Below are positions 62,704 to 64,000 of a stretch of DNA of 64,000 bases, one piece after another. Both the position numbers and the translations under genes were made by a program. Numbering within the stretch: position 1 is the first letter of the stretch; every line of letters begins with the position of its first letter. This DNA is from Pristiophorus japonicus (taxonomy: Eukaryota), in the NCBI RefSeq assembly GCF_044704955.1, contig NC_091988.1, positions 53,940,001 through 54,004,000 of the forward strand. The letters run 5' to 3'. The notes under the pieces were generated by a model. It saw only the letters and a list, made by a program, of their open reading frames with translations, did not search any database and was not told the origin of the DNA.

Positions 62704-63299
62704 CTGCTCCGTGCAGTGGGCAGATTTACCGACTTCCTTGCAACTTAAAGTCATCCTGGTGTTGGAGCTGATGGAGGATGAGGTGAGCAGATGTGTTCAT
62801 CACTGATGATCAGCACTGTTTCTACATGGGGTATAGCACCATCCTTTTCTGTCATGTATCAGTTTGGATTTTGCTGCAAAAAAAGTTATTTTTAACAAAA
62901 TTCGACGTACTTCAGCCTGACGACGTTTCATGTGGCACCACTCAGCAGTTTAATGAAGGGATTGAGTCCTGCAATACCCTGATGACACTGAGCCCCAGAC
63001 ATGCTGTTACCTGTGTTGGGAGCTCAGTAATGCGCCGTTCACCTCTATAGAACTGCTGCCAACTGAGCATGGCTGAAACAAACTCTTGGAGGGTGACAGC
63101 TTCTAAAAGGCACGGATGCTTTTGTCCCTTTGTTTCGCGGGATTGCCACGAAAGAGATTAGCTTCAGAGGAACAGATTTTGCCGTCTAGTCCCACTGCTG
63201 AACAAAGGAATTAAAATGCAGAGTTTTTGTGGTAGCTTCCCAAATATGGACTGAGCTGAGGACTGTCATACTTGGCTGCTTTTTAAAAAAAAAAAATTA

Positions 63300-63625
63300 T
63301 ATATTCAATCATGGGATGTGGATGTTGCTGGCAAGGCTGGCCTTTATTACCCATAACCGAGTGGCTAGCTAGGCCACTTCAGCAAGCAGTTAATAAGCAA
63401 CCACGTCGGTGTGGGATTGGAGTTGCGGTCAGACTGGGTAAGAACAGTACGCGTCCTTCCCTAAAGAACATTAGTGAAGCAGTTGGGGGCAACTTCAGGG
63501 TCACTTTTATTTCCAGATTTATTTTGAAACTGAATTCAAATTCTCAAAGTGCCAGGATTTGAACGCTCATTCTCTGAATGATTAGTCCAGGCCTTAAACT
63601 AGACTATTAACATAACTACTATGTT
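63300..63625 (-). mobile_element. SINE family B, diverged
   Basis: Similar to 2017-2170 and to the reverse complement of 10468-10762. Confidence 0.65.
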
Positions 63626-63827
63626 ATGCCCCTGTGGTGCTTTTGTGCCTTTTTTACAGTGTGGAGATAACATCACCATGACAGCAGGCATCTGGTACAA
63701 CCTCTGGGGTCATCCTATGCTGTAATCTGTCCTATTACCATGATTGATGAGAGGAGAGTTGGAGTCTGAATTTGCTCACCTGGGGTAGTCTCTTAGTTTG
63801 ACGTGCAAACCATGAATGTGTAAATCA

Positions 63828-64000
63828 TTTTCAGATGAGATGTTAAACCTTCTCGGAAGGATGCAAAACATAAGAAATAGGAGCTAGAGTAGGCCCTTCG
63901 AGCCTGCTGCGCCATTCAACAAGATCATTGCTTGTTCATTCAAAAAATCCCATGCCACTATTTTGTCAAAGAGCAGGGGAGTCCTGGCCAATATTTATCC
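63828..64000. mobile_element. SINE A fragment (+) interrupted by a CR1 tail (-)
   Basis: CAGATGAGATGTTAAACC, then CATAAGAAATAGGAGC.., then ATCCCATGCCACTATTT..CCTGGCCAATATTTATCC. Confidence 0.6.

Overview
Eukaryotic, repeat-dominated DNA with the transposon repertoire typical of a shark/elasmobranch genome; most likely intronic or intergenic. No host protein-coding gene can be confidently called; there is one weak candidate exon at 48530-48612. The window holds many decayed CR1 LINEs (two retain endonuclease coding sequence, one also the ORF1 esterase), L2 3' ends and a third LINE family. It also holds two tRNA-headed SINE families whose tails match LINEs in the window, four copies of a non-coding RTE-like retroposon, and a Penelope element with a minimal hammerhead ribozyme. 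LTR elements comprise a dead Mag-like Gypsy retrotransposon with a 5-bp TSD and three solo LTRs. DNA transposons comprise two Harbinger-like TIR elements, a Harbinger transposase relic and a hAT-like element. A 5.2-kb CpG-rich compound (CT/CG) satellite produces the spurious 1800-aa ORFs. I found no convincing new multi-gene system. The most notable signals are fine-scale: nested insertions, a microinversion between twin LTRs, a templated 22-bp insertion, CTCF motifs in LTRs, the structured non-coding retroposon and higher-order structure in the satellite. Element boundaries not supported by a TSD or TIR are approximate, and family names come from recalled motifs, not database searches.
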